Under the pieces are notes generated by a model. It was not told the DNA's origin, did not search any database, and worked only from the letters and a program-made list of their open reading frames with translations. Positions 46,091-55,110 of a DNA stretch of 64,000 nucleotides are shown here, piece after piece. The stretch is taken from positions 217,567 through 281,566 of IMG/VR virus record IMGVR_UViG_3300049182_000044; one strand, given 5' to 3'. The position numbers and the translations under genes are program-made. Source of the DNA: a virus. Lineage: Duplodnaviria > Caudoviricetes. How positions within the stretch are numbered: the first letter of the stretch is position 1; each line of letters starts with the position of its first letter.

Positions 46091-46267
46091 TTACTTGAAC
46101 TTCGAGTGCCCGCATGACGGGCATTTCAAACATTCACTCAGGCTGCCGTGACTGCCTTGTCGCCAGAGCACCATCGGGCCGAAACGCCATGCTTCAACCC
46201 GCCTGTAGTCGTATGACAGCGCAACACCTACGACCATCGGTGTCTTGCAAACCTTGCAGTTAGCCAC
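46091..46267 (-). CDS. small zinc-ribbon protein (58 aa)
   Basis: GTG start after AAGGAG; CKVC...CPSCG; below track cutoff. Confidence 0.65.
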   Translation of the reverse strand: MANCKVCKTPMVVGVALSYDYRRVEAWRFGPMVLWRQGSHGSLSECLKCPSCGHSKFK

Positions 46268-46541
46268 TGGCCTTCTCCTTCTTTAGGACTTGATCTGGCA
46301 AGTGATCGGGACCAACCGACACCTTCAACGCAGCGCGAATGTCGCGCAACTCAGTAAGGCATTGATCGAGTACCTCCTTTGCAACGTCAACCTTCGGCGG
46401 CGTCCTGCCCAGTGCTGCCGATACGTTCTGCAACCTCGTGATCGTACCTTCAAGGTTGCGGTATGCGGTAATGCGCTGCTTTTCAGTGTCGTACTTCAAA
46501 TGCATGTACGCATCGGCGTCACTCAGTGTGTTCTTAGCCAT
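46260..46541 (-). CDS. hypothetical protein
   Basis: 93 aa. Confidence 0.75.
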   Translation of the reverse strand: MAKNTLSDADAYMHLKYDTEKQRITAYRNLEGTITRLQNVSAALGRTPPKVDVAKEVLDQCLTELRDIRAALKVSVGPDHLPDQVLKKEKASG

Positions 46542-46842
46542 TTGCAGGCTCCCGCATCAAGGTTTGCAGGCGGTGTTGCAGGCGACCCATATCCTTCACA
46601 CACTTCAACCCGACGGCCTTCTTGCCGTTGTCGGTGAGTGCGTATTGCTCCTTGCCGACCTTTGCGACAAGACCGAGGTTGACCGCGCAACGCACTTCCT
46701 CAGGAATGAGTGTCATATCGGTGCGAAGGATTTCCTCCACCGTGGGGTTTTCATACCACGTAATGCGATCCAGAATTGCTTCGCACACCAAAATCTCGCG
46801 GGGATAAATGTCTACGAACTGGTCATTGATCTTGACGTCCAT
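46534..46842 (-). CDS. small winged-helix-like protein
   Basis: PEEVRCAVNLGLVAKVGKEQYALTDNGKK wing pattern. Confidence 0.65.
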   Translation of the reverse strand: MDVKINDQFVDIYPREILVCEAILDRITWYENPTVEEILRTDMTLIPEEVRCAVNLGLVAKVGKEQYALTDNGKKAVGLKCVKDMGRLQHRLQTLMREPANG

Positions 46843-46848
46843 GATGTT

Positions 46849-46894
46849 CTCCTAACTGGTTGGTGAATTTCAAACAGTGGGGCCGAAGCCCCAC
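46849..46894 (-). repeat. intergenic hairpin + leader + SD module (near-copy of 17763-17807)
   Basis: CTCCT(T)AACTGGTTGGT(A/G)AATTTCAAACA(A/G)TGGGG-loop-GCCCC. Confidence 0.75.
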
Positions 46895-46904
46895 AAACCT
46901 GCAA

Positions 46905-47264
46905 TCAGTCTTGCACTATCACATCGAAGTGCAAATCGTCCTCGCCTGGGAGGTGACTAATGTTACGGTCAAACTCCGTCATGCGGTTCGGCCCGAGGTC
47001 CCACTCGTAGCCTTTCAGGGCGTAGTCATTGTCTTCGCACAATGCCCAATCGACCTTACGTTCGACGAACTCCTCGAACGCTGTCCGATCAGCGAAGAAC
47101 GCAATGTTGATGTACCCGTCCCAGCCAACCGGCCACGTATGGAAGCGGTAAACGGCTGCGAACACTGCGTCGTTCGGCCACGCGATACCCAGCGTATTGC
47201 ACTTGGCAACGTTCTTCATGACTGCTTGTGCTACCTGTTGTCCTACGCTTGTTGTGGTGTTCAT
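46905..47264 (-). CDS. hypothetical protein, first gene after P4
   Basis: ATG at 47264 after conserved leader. Confidence 0.8.
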   Translation of the reverse strand: MNTTTSVGQQVAQAVMKNVAKCNTLGIAWPNDAVFAAVYRFHTWPVGWDGYINIAFFADRTAFEEFVERKVDWALCEDNDYALKGYEWDLGPNRMTEFDRNISHLPGEDDLHFDVIVQD

Positions 47265-47345
47265 ATACTCTTTCAAGTGATGGTTGATAAATTTCCTGCC
47301 TTTGCAACCTGTGGTTTTTGACGTCCCGTGATTCCGCCCTATTGT

Positions 47346-47468
47346 GCAAACCTGATGGTTCTGAATGTCGCGGTGCAGGTCGTATCCACGTCTTCATTAT
47401 ATCATGTTTTTGGCGTCCTGTCAAATCCGACGCACAGATGAAGATAGGCGCTAAAACCGTCAGGTTTG
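47346..47468 (-). promoter_or_regulatory. promoter cassette P4: sigma70 promoter between inverted elements
   Basis: TTGACA(47419-24)-17-TATAAT(47396-401); GCAAACCTGATGGTT 47346-60 and AACCGTCAGGTTTG 47455-68. Confidence 0.9.
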
Positions 47469-47487
47469 ACGATTTTGCGCCCAGGGG

Positions 47488-47817
47488 TCATTTCTTCGGT
47501 TGTGATGCGATACGAAACGAGTGAACTACCTCGTGTTTTTCAGGGTCGATTTTCGACGTTACTTCAACGACGATATCTGATGTCTTGAGCAGCGCCGGGT
47601 CGGCTTTCTTGACGAACAATCGCAAAGCCTTGTCCAGCGTATAGTCGCCTTTCTCTTGATTGGCGGCCACGGTTTCATTGAGGCTTTGCAGGAACGCATT
47701 CAGCGTAGCGATCCTGTAATCACCTGCAATTGATCCCGAAGTCTTGCTGTTCGGGATTTTGAAGTCACCGCTCAAGTTCAAATAGATAGGACCTTCTGTC
47801 TGCTGTGTCTTCGGCAT
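47488..47817 (-). CDS. hypothetical protein
   Basis: 109 aa, GAGGA RBS. Confidence 0.8.
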   Translation of the reverse strand: MPKTQQTEGPIYLNLSGDFKIPNSKTSGSIAGDYRIATLNAFLQSLNETVAANQEKGDYTLDKALRLFVKKADPALLKTSDIVVEVTSKIDPEKHEVVHSFRIASQPKK

Positions 47818-47834
47818 TTGCGTTCCTCAAGATG

Positions 47835-48683
47835 CTATGCGGCCACAGGCTGCTTCTGTGCGGCTGCCGCAATCGTCTTGCCACGCGACGGCTTGTTCGC
47901 AGTAGCCGCCTCGACAATCGAACGAAGGTACTTCATCTCGTAGTCACTCGTGCCGAACTTCTTGCAGATCGCTTGCAATGCAGGAGTCTTACCATCGTCC
48001 TTCGATTCGCGGAATGCCTTGAATGCAGCACGATAGTTCTCACCAACTTCCGACTTGAGAATCTCTTTCAGCTTATCGCGCACACGCTTGCTGATAATGA
48101 CGCCCTTGATGCCGTCAAGCATCTCCTCAAGCTTCTCGAAACTCTTGCCCTTGTACAGGTACATGGCGACTGCTTCCTTGACCGGGGTCTGGTGAGTAGC
48201 ACTCGGTAAGGTGTAGAGGAATGTCATCAACGGATTCAGCAGAGAACCACGTTTGACGTTATCGGTCAGCATCGTCAGGTATTCAGCTGTCTTACGCTTG
48301 ACTTCCTGCGCATCGACTTTGCAGCCTTTGCGATAAGCATTCAGATCGAGTTCCTTCTTGAGGATGAAACCCAGGCCGGCGGTCGCTGCATTGACCTCGA
48401 AGTCCAGAGGGACTATGTTTGCCAGCTCACGAATACGCAGCGGGGATGCGAACACGAATACCTGAGCGCCCTCGTACTTCTTGGAGTTCAACACCTCGAC
48501 ATTGCGATAGAAGTCCATCACCGTCAAGATGAAGAGGATCGGGCGTACAGGCTTTTTGCCTTCTTTCAGAATCGTACCGGATGGCACGATAGCAACTTCG
48601 GAAGAATCCTTGATTACCTTCTTGGTAGTCAAGAAGCGAAGTGCCTGATCTGGCGAGTGATTTGTAATTCCAAAACAGTGCAT
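47835..48683 (-). CDS. hypothetical protein
   Basis: 282 aa, GAGG RBS. Confidence 0.85.
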   Translation of the reverse strand: MHCFGITNHSPDQALRFLTTKKVIKDSSEVAIVPSGTILKEGKKPVRPILFILTVMDFYRNVEVLNSKKYEGAQVFVFASPLRIRELANIVPLDFEVNAATAGLGFILKKELDLNAYRKGCKVDAQEVKRKTAEYLTMLTDNVKRGSLLNPLMTFLYTLPSATHQTPVKEAVAMYLYKGKSFEKLEEMLDGIKGVIISKRVRDKLKEILKSEVGENYRAAFKAFRESKDDGKTPALQAICKKFGTSDYEMKYLRSIVEAATANKPSRGKTIAAAAQKQPVAA

Positions 48684-48715
48684 TTGAGCTACCTCATTAG
48701 TGTCATTGATCTATA

Positions 48716-48725
48716 TTTACAGTTT
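48716..48725 (-). promoter_or_regulatory. AAACTGTAAA motif
   Basis: Exact decamer overlapping the SbcC stop, about 33 nt above the next start. Confidence 0.5.
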
Positions 48726-51209
48726 CTTAGCTTTGCTTTTCTTCTTCACGCCTTCCTTCTTCGACTTCTTCACCTTCTTCAGGCGTTCAGTCTTCTGGAG
48801 GGATTTGGTGAGTTCTTCCACCACATCCGTCATGTTGGCGTATGGATCAGTAATCAGCTTTGATACGCCACGCTGCTTACATACAATCCACTCACTGCTA
48901 CCGTTAATGTACTCGTCGTGCGGAGTAATCACGTAGATGTGCGGTACAACTTCCATAAGGGCTGGAAGGAAACGCTCGACGAAAATTTGACGAGAGACGC
49001 CATCCATGTGTGCTGTCGGTTCATCCAACACCACCATGTTCAGGCGACGCTCCTCAGGGATCAATGGAAGCAGCGCGATAAGAAACAGCAGGCGGAAACA
49101 GTCCGATTCAGCACCTGAGAGGTTCCTAACGTCTGATGCAACTCCATTACCACGGTCAACACGAATTGCCAAACCAGTCTCAGAGGCCTTGATCGAGAAC
49201 GTGAACGGCTCCGCGTAGATCAAATTGCGGTAGTAGTTCATGTTTGTTTCGAGCAAGCCACAGATCTGATTTGCAACAATCGTCTTGAGGCCTTTGGTGC
49301 TGTATGCCTTGATTAGGACTTCCAGCACCTTCTTGTCTTCCAAGGCAGGCTTCAGCTTGGCTATTTCAGCCTTCACTTCTGCCAGCTCGGATGAATACAG
49401 GTCATGCTCTGATTTGTAGGCAGCCTGTTGTTCGATCACATGGCTAATTTCAGCCAGCTTCTTACGAGCAACAGTAAGAACGCCGGAAATCTTTTCGATC
49501 TCCTCTTTGACGCCTGCTATCTTCTGTTTGACAGTCTTCACCGATTTGTATTCAGCGAAGTCCGGATGCTTTTCAAGCAGCTTGTTCTTTGCCTGAACGT
49601 GCTTGAGAATGTCGGTACACAGATCGATCTGCTCGTCCAACTCGTCATACGACAAGTCTGTTTCGGCCTTCTCTTTCGGTGCCTTAGGTTTCTCGACATC
49701 CCCTAGCGAGGCGGTCAACTCGGTGTGACGTTTAATCGTCTTGAGTTGCTCCTTAGCTTCCTCGATACGCTTCTCAAGTCCGTCCTGCTCTTCCTGCAAG
49801 CCTTTCAGCTCTTCTGGATCGAACTTGATTTCCTTAGCTTTCGCACGAAGTTCTTTCAGCTGTCGATAGAGGTTTTGTGCATCTTGCTGCTTTTCCAGCT
49901 TCGGTAGTTCCTGCTTTGCCTTCTTCACCACCTTGCGAATGTTGTCCAAATCAACTTCGGACATACACGTTGGGCAACTGTTGCCTTCAAGGTGATCGTG
50001 ATTCAGCAGCGATTGCAGACGAAGCGACGTGCGGTAAGATTCAATGTCCTTAGAGTAATCAGCTTCCAAGTCCACTTTGTCGGATTTGCCGACGCCGTGT
50101 TCCTCCTCAAGCTCCGTAGCAATGGGTTTGGCCTTCTTAATGATTCGGTCATACTCGGACTTGGTCTCCTCAATCTTCTCGATTCGACCCTCATTGCTAG
50201 AATGCTTGAACTCCAAGGCCTCGATCTTGCTTTCCAGTTCCTTGCGTGTAGCCTTTGGGAGCTTAATAGCATCGAGTTTCTCCTGAATGGTTTTGATCGA
50301 CTTCTCGTAGGCCTTCAATAGGCCACTGTATTCTTCCCAGCGGCGAACGAGCGATTTCTGCTCTTTGAGCCAAGTGACACGCTTTGATGGGTGTTCTTTC
50401 GATGCGTACTTACTGCGAAGGTCGTCTAGCTCACGTTCAACCGTCAATAGCGTTTCGAGCAGTTGCTGAGTGTTAATCAGCTCGTACTCACGCTTCACAT
50501 CCTTTTGAACTCGTTTGTCTAGGTCCTTGTACTCTTCCTTCGCTTTCGCAAGGTCTTCCTTTGATAAGAGCTTGCTTACCTTTTTGACCTTTGCGCGTAG
50601 TGTCACCAGCTTTTGCTCGAGGACGGAGAGCTTGACCTCGTTGTCCTTGATCGTTCGCAGCTTCGTGGCGAAGTACGTTCGCATATCAGCATAGCTGTCG
50701 AGTCGGAAGATGTTCGACAAGTGCTCCAAACGATTGGAGTCCGTATCCATCTGCATCAAGAACGGACGCAATGAGGATACAAAGCCGTGCGAGTAGTATT
50801 CGATTTCAGGGAGCGGGAAGATGTGCTTGCGAATGTATTCTTCCGCGAGAGGGACGGTACGGATTTCGATGTCCTTACCGTCCTTGAAAATTTGGTACTT
50901 CGAGGGTGTCTGTATGACGCGATACTGGTGGCCATCACCACCCGTTTTCAAGTCCCAAGTGATCTTGGACTTCTTTGCCAGAACTTCCTTCTTCGCTTTC
51001 TTGCGCGTTGCAGTTGGAGGTGAGGCGTAGGCAACGGTGGGGATACCTCCGAAGAAGAGGCTCTTACCCGATCCGTTGCCTGTAGGCGTAGCTGGGTCAG
51101 CATCCAAATTCGACCCACGCACAAATGTTACCGGATTCTGATTAAGCTTTGCAGACGCCTTCTTAAAGTAGACGACGTTCTCATAGCCTAAGCCTTCAAT
51201 TTCAATCAT
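48717..51209 (-). CDS. SbcC/Rad50/gp46-like SMC-type ATPase
   Basis: Walker A GNGSGKS, coiled coil with CPTC zinc hook, signature LSGAE, Walker B VVLDEP, ITPH. Confidence 0.92.
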   Translation of the reverse strand: MIEIEGLGYENVVYFKKASAKLNQNPVTFVRGSNLDADPATPTGNGSGKSLFFGGIPTVAYASPPTATRKKAKKEVLAKKSKITWDLKTGGDGHQYRVIQTPSKYQIFKDGKDIEIRTVPLAEEYIRKHIFPLPEIEYYSHGFVSSLRPFLMQMDTDSNRLEHLSNIFRLDSYADMRTYFATKLRTIKDNEVKLSVLEQKLVTLRAKVKKVSKLLSKEDLAKAKEEYKDLDKRVQKDVKREYELINTQQLLETLLTVERELDDLRSKYASKEHPSKRVTWLKEQKSLVRRWEEYSGLLKAYEKSIKTIQEKLDAIKLPKATRKELESKIEALEFKHSSNEGRIEKIEETKSEYDRIIKKAKPIATELEEEHGVGKSDKVDLEADYSKDIESYRTSLRLQSLLNHDHLEGNSCPTCMSEVDLDNIRKVVKKAKQELPKLEKQQDAQNLYRQLKELRAKAKEIKFDPEELKGLQEEQDGLEKRIEEAKEQLKTIKRHTELTASLGDVEKPKAPKEKAETDLSYDELDEQIDLCTDILKHVQAKNKLLEKHPDFAEYKSVKTVKQKIAGVKEEIEKISGVLTVARKKLAEISHVIEQQAAYKSEHDLYSSELAEVKAEIAKLKPALEDKKVLEVLIKAYSTKGLKTIVANQICGLLETNMNYYRNLIYAEPFTFSIKASETGLAIRVDRGNGVASDVRNLSGAESDCFRLLFLIALLPLIPEERRLNMVVLDEPTAHMDGVSRQIFVERFLPALMEVVPHIYVITPHDEYINGSSEWIVCKQRGVSKLITDPYANMTDVVEELTKSLQKTERLKKVKKSKKEGVKKKSKAKKL

Positions 51210-51227
51210 GCTACTACGCCTGTATGG

Positions 51228-51437
51228 TTATCGTTTGTTTGCCATGCGCTGGCAGATAGCGTAAGCATTCCATGCCGCGATTGCTGCGAAAGTGGATTCT
51301 TGGTGATCCCCACCTACTGGAGTAAAGCCGCACTCCTCACACTGAACTGCACAGTGCTTTGGAACAGTATAGAGTGAGAGGCAAGCTTGATCGCAGCGTG
51401 GGCACGGCTCAAGCTTCGGTAGATTGTCCGTTGTCAT
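51228..51437 (-). CDS. Lar-like (restriction alleviation) zinc-finger protein
   Basis: KLEPCPRC...VQCEECG...AIAAWN pattern; ATG at 51437 after GGAG. Confidence 0.7.
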   Translation of the reverse strand: MTTDNLPKLEPCPRCDQACLSLYTVPKHCAVQCEECGFTPVGGDHQESTFAAIAAWNAYAICQRMANKR

Positions 51438-52179
51438 CGGAATGCTCCAGGCCGATGGTGCCTTGGTCAATCATCGAACGCACATCATCGAAAGCTACGT
51501 ACACGCCGTCTGCTTGTTGCTGGATAACGACCTTGCCTTCGTCTTCAAATACGGAATAACGAGGCAGGTCATTGATGGCCACCACATGGTGATCTGGGCA
51601 ACTGAGTGTGCGAATGTTCTGCGCAAAGTCGTACACGTACTGATTCAGATCGTCAGGACCACCGCGTTGCGGGCGAGTCTTGAAACCGTGCTTGAGAGCA
51701 GTTTCAAGGATAGTTTCACGAGTGAGTTCAGGCTGCGTGAGAACAACTACACTAACCGTTTCCACGTCTTCCTCCCGAGCTTCCTCGACGCCAACTTCAG
51801 AGGCGATCAAGTTTTCATTGAAGCCACGATTGCCGAAATCTTCAGGAGTACCGCCGTCACTGAGCGCGTTGCGATTGACGCTCTTGAACGCATCGACGTT
51901 GATCGGGTTTTTCTGAATGTTGTCGATGATTGCGGCCATAACATCAGGCGTAGTTGGGGTCACATCAGTACCAACGTCCAGATGCAGCACTTGACGCTCT
52001 ACAGGCTGAGCGGTATTCAGCATAGCATTCAGATGCATGATGCGGTCGTGAGCGGCCTGCAAAACAGAGCGCAGAGTTGTGCTATGAGCTGTCTGTTGCA
52101 GACACATATTCGCCAGCTGTTCGTTAGCGATATCGCCCATTGCGAGGGCATTCAGATTGCTATAGTCTTTTGCAGACAC
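51409..52179 (-). CDS. modular hypothetical protein
   Basis: 256 aa; GFK..Q..G..DLN.YVYDFA and RY...DGVYV.FDD modules common in phage ORFs. Confidence 0.8.
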   Translation of the reverse strand: MSAKDYSNLNALAMGDIANEQLANMCLQQTAHSTTLRSVLQAAHDRIMHLNAMLNTAQPVERQVLHLDVGTDVTPTTPDVMAAIIDNIQKNPINVDAFKSVNRNALSDGGTPEDFGNRGFNENLIASEVGVEEAREEDVETVSVVVLTQPELTRETILETALKHGFKTRPQRGGPDDLNQYVYDFAQNIRTLSCPDHHVVAINDLPRYSVFEDEGKVVIQQQADGVYVAFDDVRSMIDQGTIGLEHSDDNGQSTEA

Positions 52180-52218
52180 GGTTGACTCCTATAAAATTGA
52201 GTGTTCTAACATGAATTA

Positions 52219-52228
52219 TTTACAGTTT
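52219..52228 (-). promoter_or_regulatory. AAACTGTAAA motif
   Basis: Exact intergenic decamer about 40 nt above the start. Confidence 0.5.
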
Positions 52229-52275
52229 AAAGGCGAAAAAGGGCCCAGGCACGTTAATGCGAGGACCCTTTTGGC

Positions 52276-52491
52276 TCAGTCTTCAAACGGATACAAGTCG
52301 TCGAAACGACCTTGGACGACGATCATGATGACTGCAGACATGTACGAAATGCACAGCGAGTTTTTGATCGTCACCAGGAAGGACTGTTCAGGAGGAATCA
52401 ACCCCAACGCCCGTAAAGGGATTATGCAGATAAAGGCGAACGCAAAACTATCCTTTATCCACCTTGTGAAATTGGGGTTGAACTTCTTCAT
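52276..52491 (-). CDS. small hypothetical protein
   Basis: 71 aa, ATGA-coupled to dnaX-like gene. Confidence 0.65.
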   Translation of the reverse strand: MKKFNPNFTRWIKDSFAFAFICIIPLRALGLIPPEQSFLVTIKNSLCISYMSAVIMIVVQGRFDDLYPFED

Positions 52492-53708
52492 TCCTTGGCC
52501 TTCTTTTCCTTGAATGGGAGTATGTGCTCGATGATAAAGTTTCCGATCATTGACTGCAGCTGCACCGTCTCGTCGATACTCATTGTGTTGAAGCGATTCT
52601 CGACTTCAATCAAAGTGTACTGAAGCTTAATCAACCCGTTCAGCTTGACCTTGACGTTGTTCTCTTTGGCGATCTTGGCAAAGATCTTTGCATTGTACGG
52701 GCTGTACTTTGCAAGGCCGACTGCGTTATCGAGAAGGTATTGAATCAGCCAACGACTCTTGTTCAACAAGCCTCGTGCGTTCTGTGCTGCACGAGTCTGA
52801 TGCACTACGTCTTTCAGGTCGCCATTGAGTACCGACGCCACAAAGTACGCAGATGCCTTATCGAGGTCCGCTTCACCAGCCGTCAACACCTTCGACATGA
52901 TGGACTTGGCATCCAGCTTGCTGTTCTCACGCAAGGCATAGATAACAGACTCCAACATTTCGATGCCGTCGCGCATGTGACCATTCGACATGTCCGCAAC
53001 CGCGCGAAGGATTTGCTTGCCGTCCTCGCGCTCTTTCAGATCGAGGCCTTCCTTCTTTGCGATATACGACAGGCGCTGCATCATCACTTCCGGCTCGATC
53101 AACTGAACAGGAAGCTTCTTGCAACGACCAACGATAGTCGGCTTCAGCTTTTCAGGATTCGTGGTGCAAAGAATCCACATTGTCCGTGTCGGCGGCTCTT
53201 CGAGAGGTTTCAGGAACGCCTGCTCTGCCTGGGTTGTCCACGCATGTACTTCGTCGATGATGAAGATGCGGAACTTGCCAATAGTCGGCATGTTCTTGGA
53301 GGATGCGATCAGCTGGCGAACATCGTCAATGCCTCGCGTTTCCGCCATGTTGATCTCTGCCAGATCAGGATGCGAGTCACCATAACGGCATGACGGGCAT
53401 TCACCACACGGCTTGAATCCTTCGCCGAGATTCGAGCAGAAGAGTGTACGTGCGATGATACGTGCTGTAGTGGTCTTACCACAACCTGAGCTACCGTTGA
53501 GTAGCATCGAATTGGAGAATTTACCACTCTTCAGCATGCCCTTCACTTGAGAGACAATCGCGTCTTGGCCGACGAGATCATCAATGCAACGAGGACGATA
53601 CTTGACCGCCATGCTTTCAAGCGAAATGTCGCCGCCATTCTTCAGAATGACAGAACCTTCGCCCTTGTCCTTCTTCTTTTTCTTCTTTTCGTCTTTATCT
53701 TTTGCCAC
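52488..53708 (-). CDS. dnaX: DNA polymerase III gamma/tau-like clamp-loader AAA+ ATPase
   Basis: KYRP...DLVGQ, GSSGCGKTT, C..PCGECPSC zinc module, IIDEVH, FLKPLEEPP, GRC. Confidence 0.9.
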   Translation of the reverse strand: MAKDKDEKKKKKKDKGEGSVILKNGGDISLESMAVKYRPRCIDDLVGQDAIVSQVKGMLKSGKFSNSMLLNGSSGCGKTTTARIIARTLFCSNLGEGFKPCGECPSCRYGDSHPDLAEINMAETRGIDDVRQLIASSKNMPTIGKFRIFIIDEVHAWTTQAEQAFLKPLEEPPTRTMWILCTTNPEKLKPTIVGRCKKLPVQLIEPEVMMQRLSYIAKKEGLDLKEREDGKQILRAVADMSNGHMRDGIEMLESVIYALRENSKLDAKSIMSKVLTAGEADLDKASAYFVASVLNGDLKDVVHQTRAAQNARGLLNKSRWLIQYLLDNAVGLAKYSPYNAKIFAKIAKENNVKVKLNGLIKLQYTLIEVENRFNTMSIDETVQLQSMIGNFIIEHILPFKEKKAKE

Positions 53709-53760
53709 AATAAACCCCTTGTTGATGTATCGAACGCTTTCTATTTACAATTCGAGAGCA

Positions 53761-54864
53761 TTACTTGAGTCCGTCCATGCGCTTCTTCTTTTTCTTCTTG
53801 AGCTTGTTGCCGCCGTCAACGTCAACTTCCTCGTCACTGATTTTCTTCTTTTTCTTCTTGACCTCTTCCTCTTTCTTTTCACGCTTCACTTCAGCGCCAC
53901 CACCCTTAACAAGGCGAGCCATCGTGATTTCGTAGAGAGATTCTACCTTCTTCGGTAGCTTACGGCCCTCGAACTTATGCGCGATGGCTTCAGCGAAGAA
54001 CTCTTCAGGGCTCTTACGAGCGTAATCGGTGATGCACGCCTCGGTCTCGGACATTTCGATGAACGACGGCCAGTACTCCTTAATCGAGTCGCCGTTCTCA
54101 AGAGCCATTTCAAGGTGCTTGACATTGAGGCCATGCACTTCGTTGATGTGCTTCAGAACCTTCTTGAGGACTAGCTTTGATTCGTCATCGGCTTCTGCCT
54201 GGAACGCACGAATACTTTCTGCGCTTTCGATCTCGCCAAGGATGTCTTCGAGTTCTTTCTCCTCGATCTCTTGCAGCGTGACGTATTCATGGTACAGCTT
54301 GACCCATGCGAAGCGCATCTTGGCCGTCATCCCGCGATACCACATGCCATGAGCGTATTCGTGGAACACAATGTAGGAGAAGCCTTCAAACGTGTTCTCC
54401 GGCTTGACGCACAGGATATCAGTCTCCGCCTTCGGACGATATTTGTAGTAGCCTGCGTACTTGCCTTGCGGCTGTCGTACTTCGACTTCGGCTTTGAACA
54501 TGCCGGTGACACGCAGCTTCTTCAGGTGCTCTGCAGCAACCTTCAGTTCATCCTTGAGCATCTTGATCTGGTGATCCTCAAAGAAATTGTACAGACGTAC
54601 CGAACCCCAGTATGGGACGTCAAGGCGGCGCACAAGTGGCTCGATCTTCTGACCGTACACAGAACCGTTCTTGGGTCGCTTGCCCAGCACCGCCATAACG
54701 TCACTGCGTTCAAACTTGACTACCGGAGGGCTCTTCTCGTCCTTCTCCTTGTCGCGTTCGAGTACTGCCTTGAATGTGTCACCGTCAGCGAAAGTACATT
54801 TCGCCAACTCTGATTTATTGCCCACACTCAGAATAATGTAGGCGCCTTGGACAAGTTTTGTCAT
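53761..54864 (-). CDS. zincin-like metallopeptidase-domain protein with K-rich tail
   Basis: VFHEYAHGMW and distal YARKSPEEFFAEAIA. Confidence 0.75.
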   Translation of the reverse strand: MTKLVQGAYIILSVGNKSELAKCTFADGDTFKAVLERDKEKDEKSPPVVKFERSDVMAVLGKRPKNGSVYGQKIEPLVRRLDVPYWGSVRLYNFFEDHQIKMLKDELKVAAEHLKKLRVTGMFKAEVEVRQPQGKYAGYYKYRPKAETDILCVKPENTFEGFSYIVFHEYAHGMWYRGMTAKMRFAWVKLYHEYVTLQEIEEKELEDILGEIESAESIRAFQAEADDESKLVLKKVLKHINEVHGLNVKHLEMALENGDSIKEYWPSFIEMSETEACITDYARKSPEEFFAEAIAHKFEGRKLPKKVESLYEITMARLVKGGGAEVKREKKEEEVKKKKKKISDEEVDVDGGNKLKKKKKKRMDGLK

Positions 54865-54866
54865 TT

Positions 54867-55106
54867 CTAGGTATCCTTTTTGCCCCACTTGGAACGTTCG
54901 TTCGCATAGAGGTCTTTGATTTGATCGTGTACTTTCTTTTCGAGAGGAATAACGACACCGCCTGGCGTCTTCCCATCGTGAAAGCGTAATTCGGGAGCGT
55001 CACTTACCAACGTGAAATTTCCCTTCTTAACGAGAAAGGGATTCTTCGCGTGCTGTTCCTTCGTGCCAGTAGTGAGCAGAATCAAAACGTCACTGATAAT
55101 GTTCAT
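54867..55106 (-). CDS. hypothetical protein
   Basis: ATG at 55106 just after the tmk stop. Confidence 0.65.
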   Translation of the reverse strand: MNIISDVLILLTTGTKEQHAKNPFLVKKGNFTLVSDAPELRFHDGKTPGGVVIPLEKKVHDQIKDLYANERSKWGKKDT

Positions 55107-55110
55107 AGGC

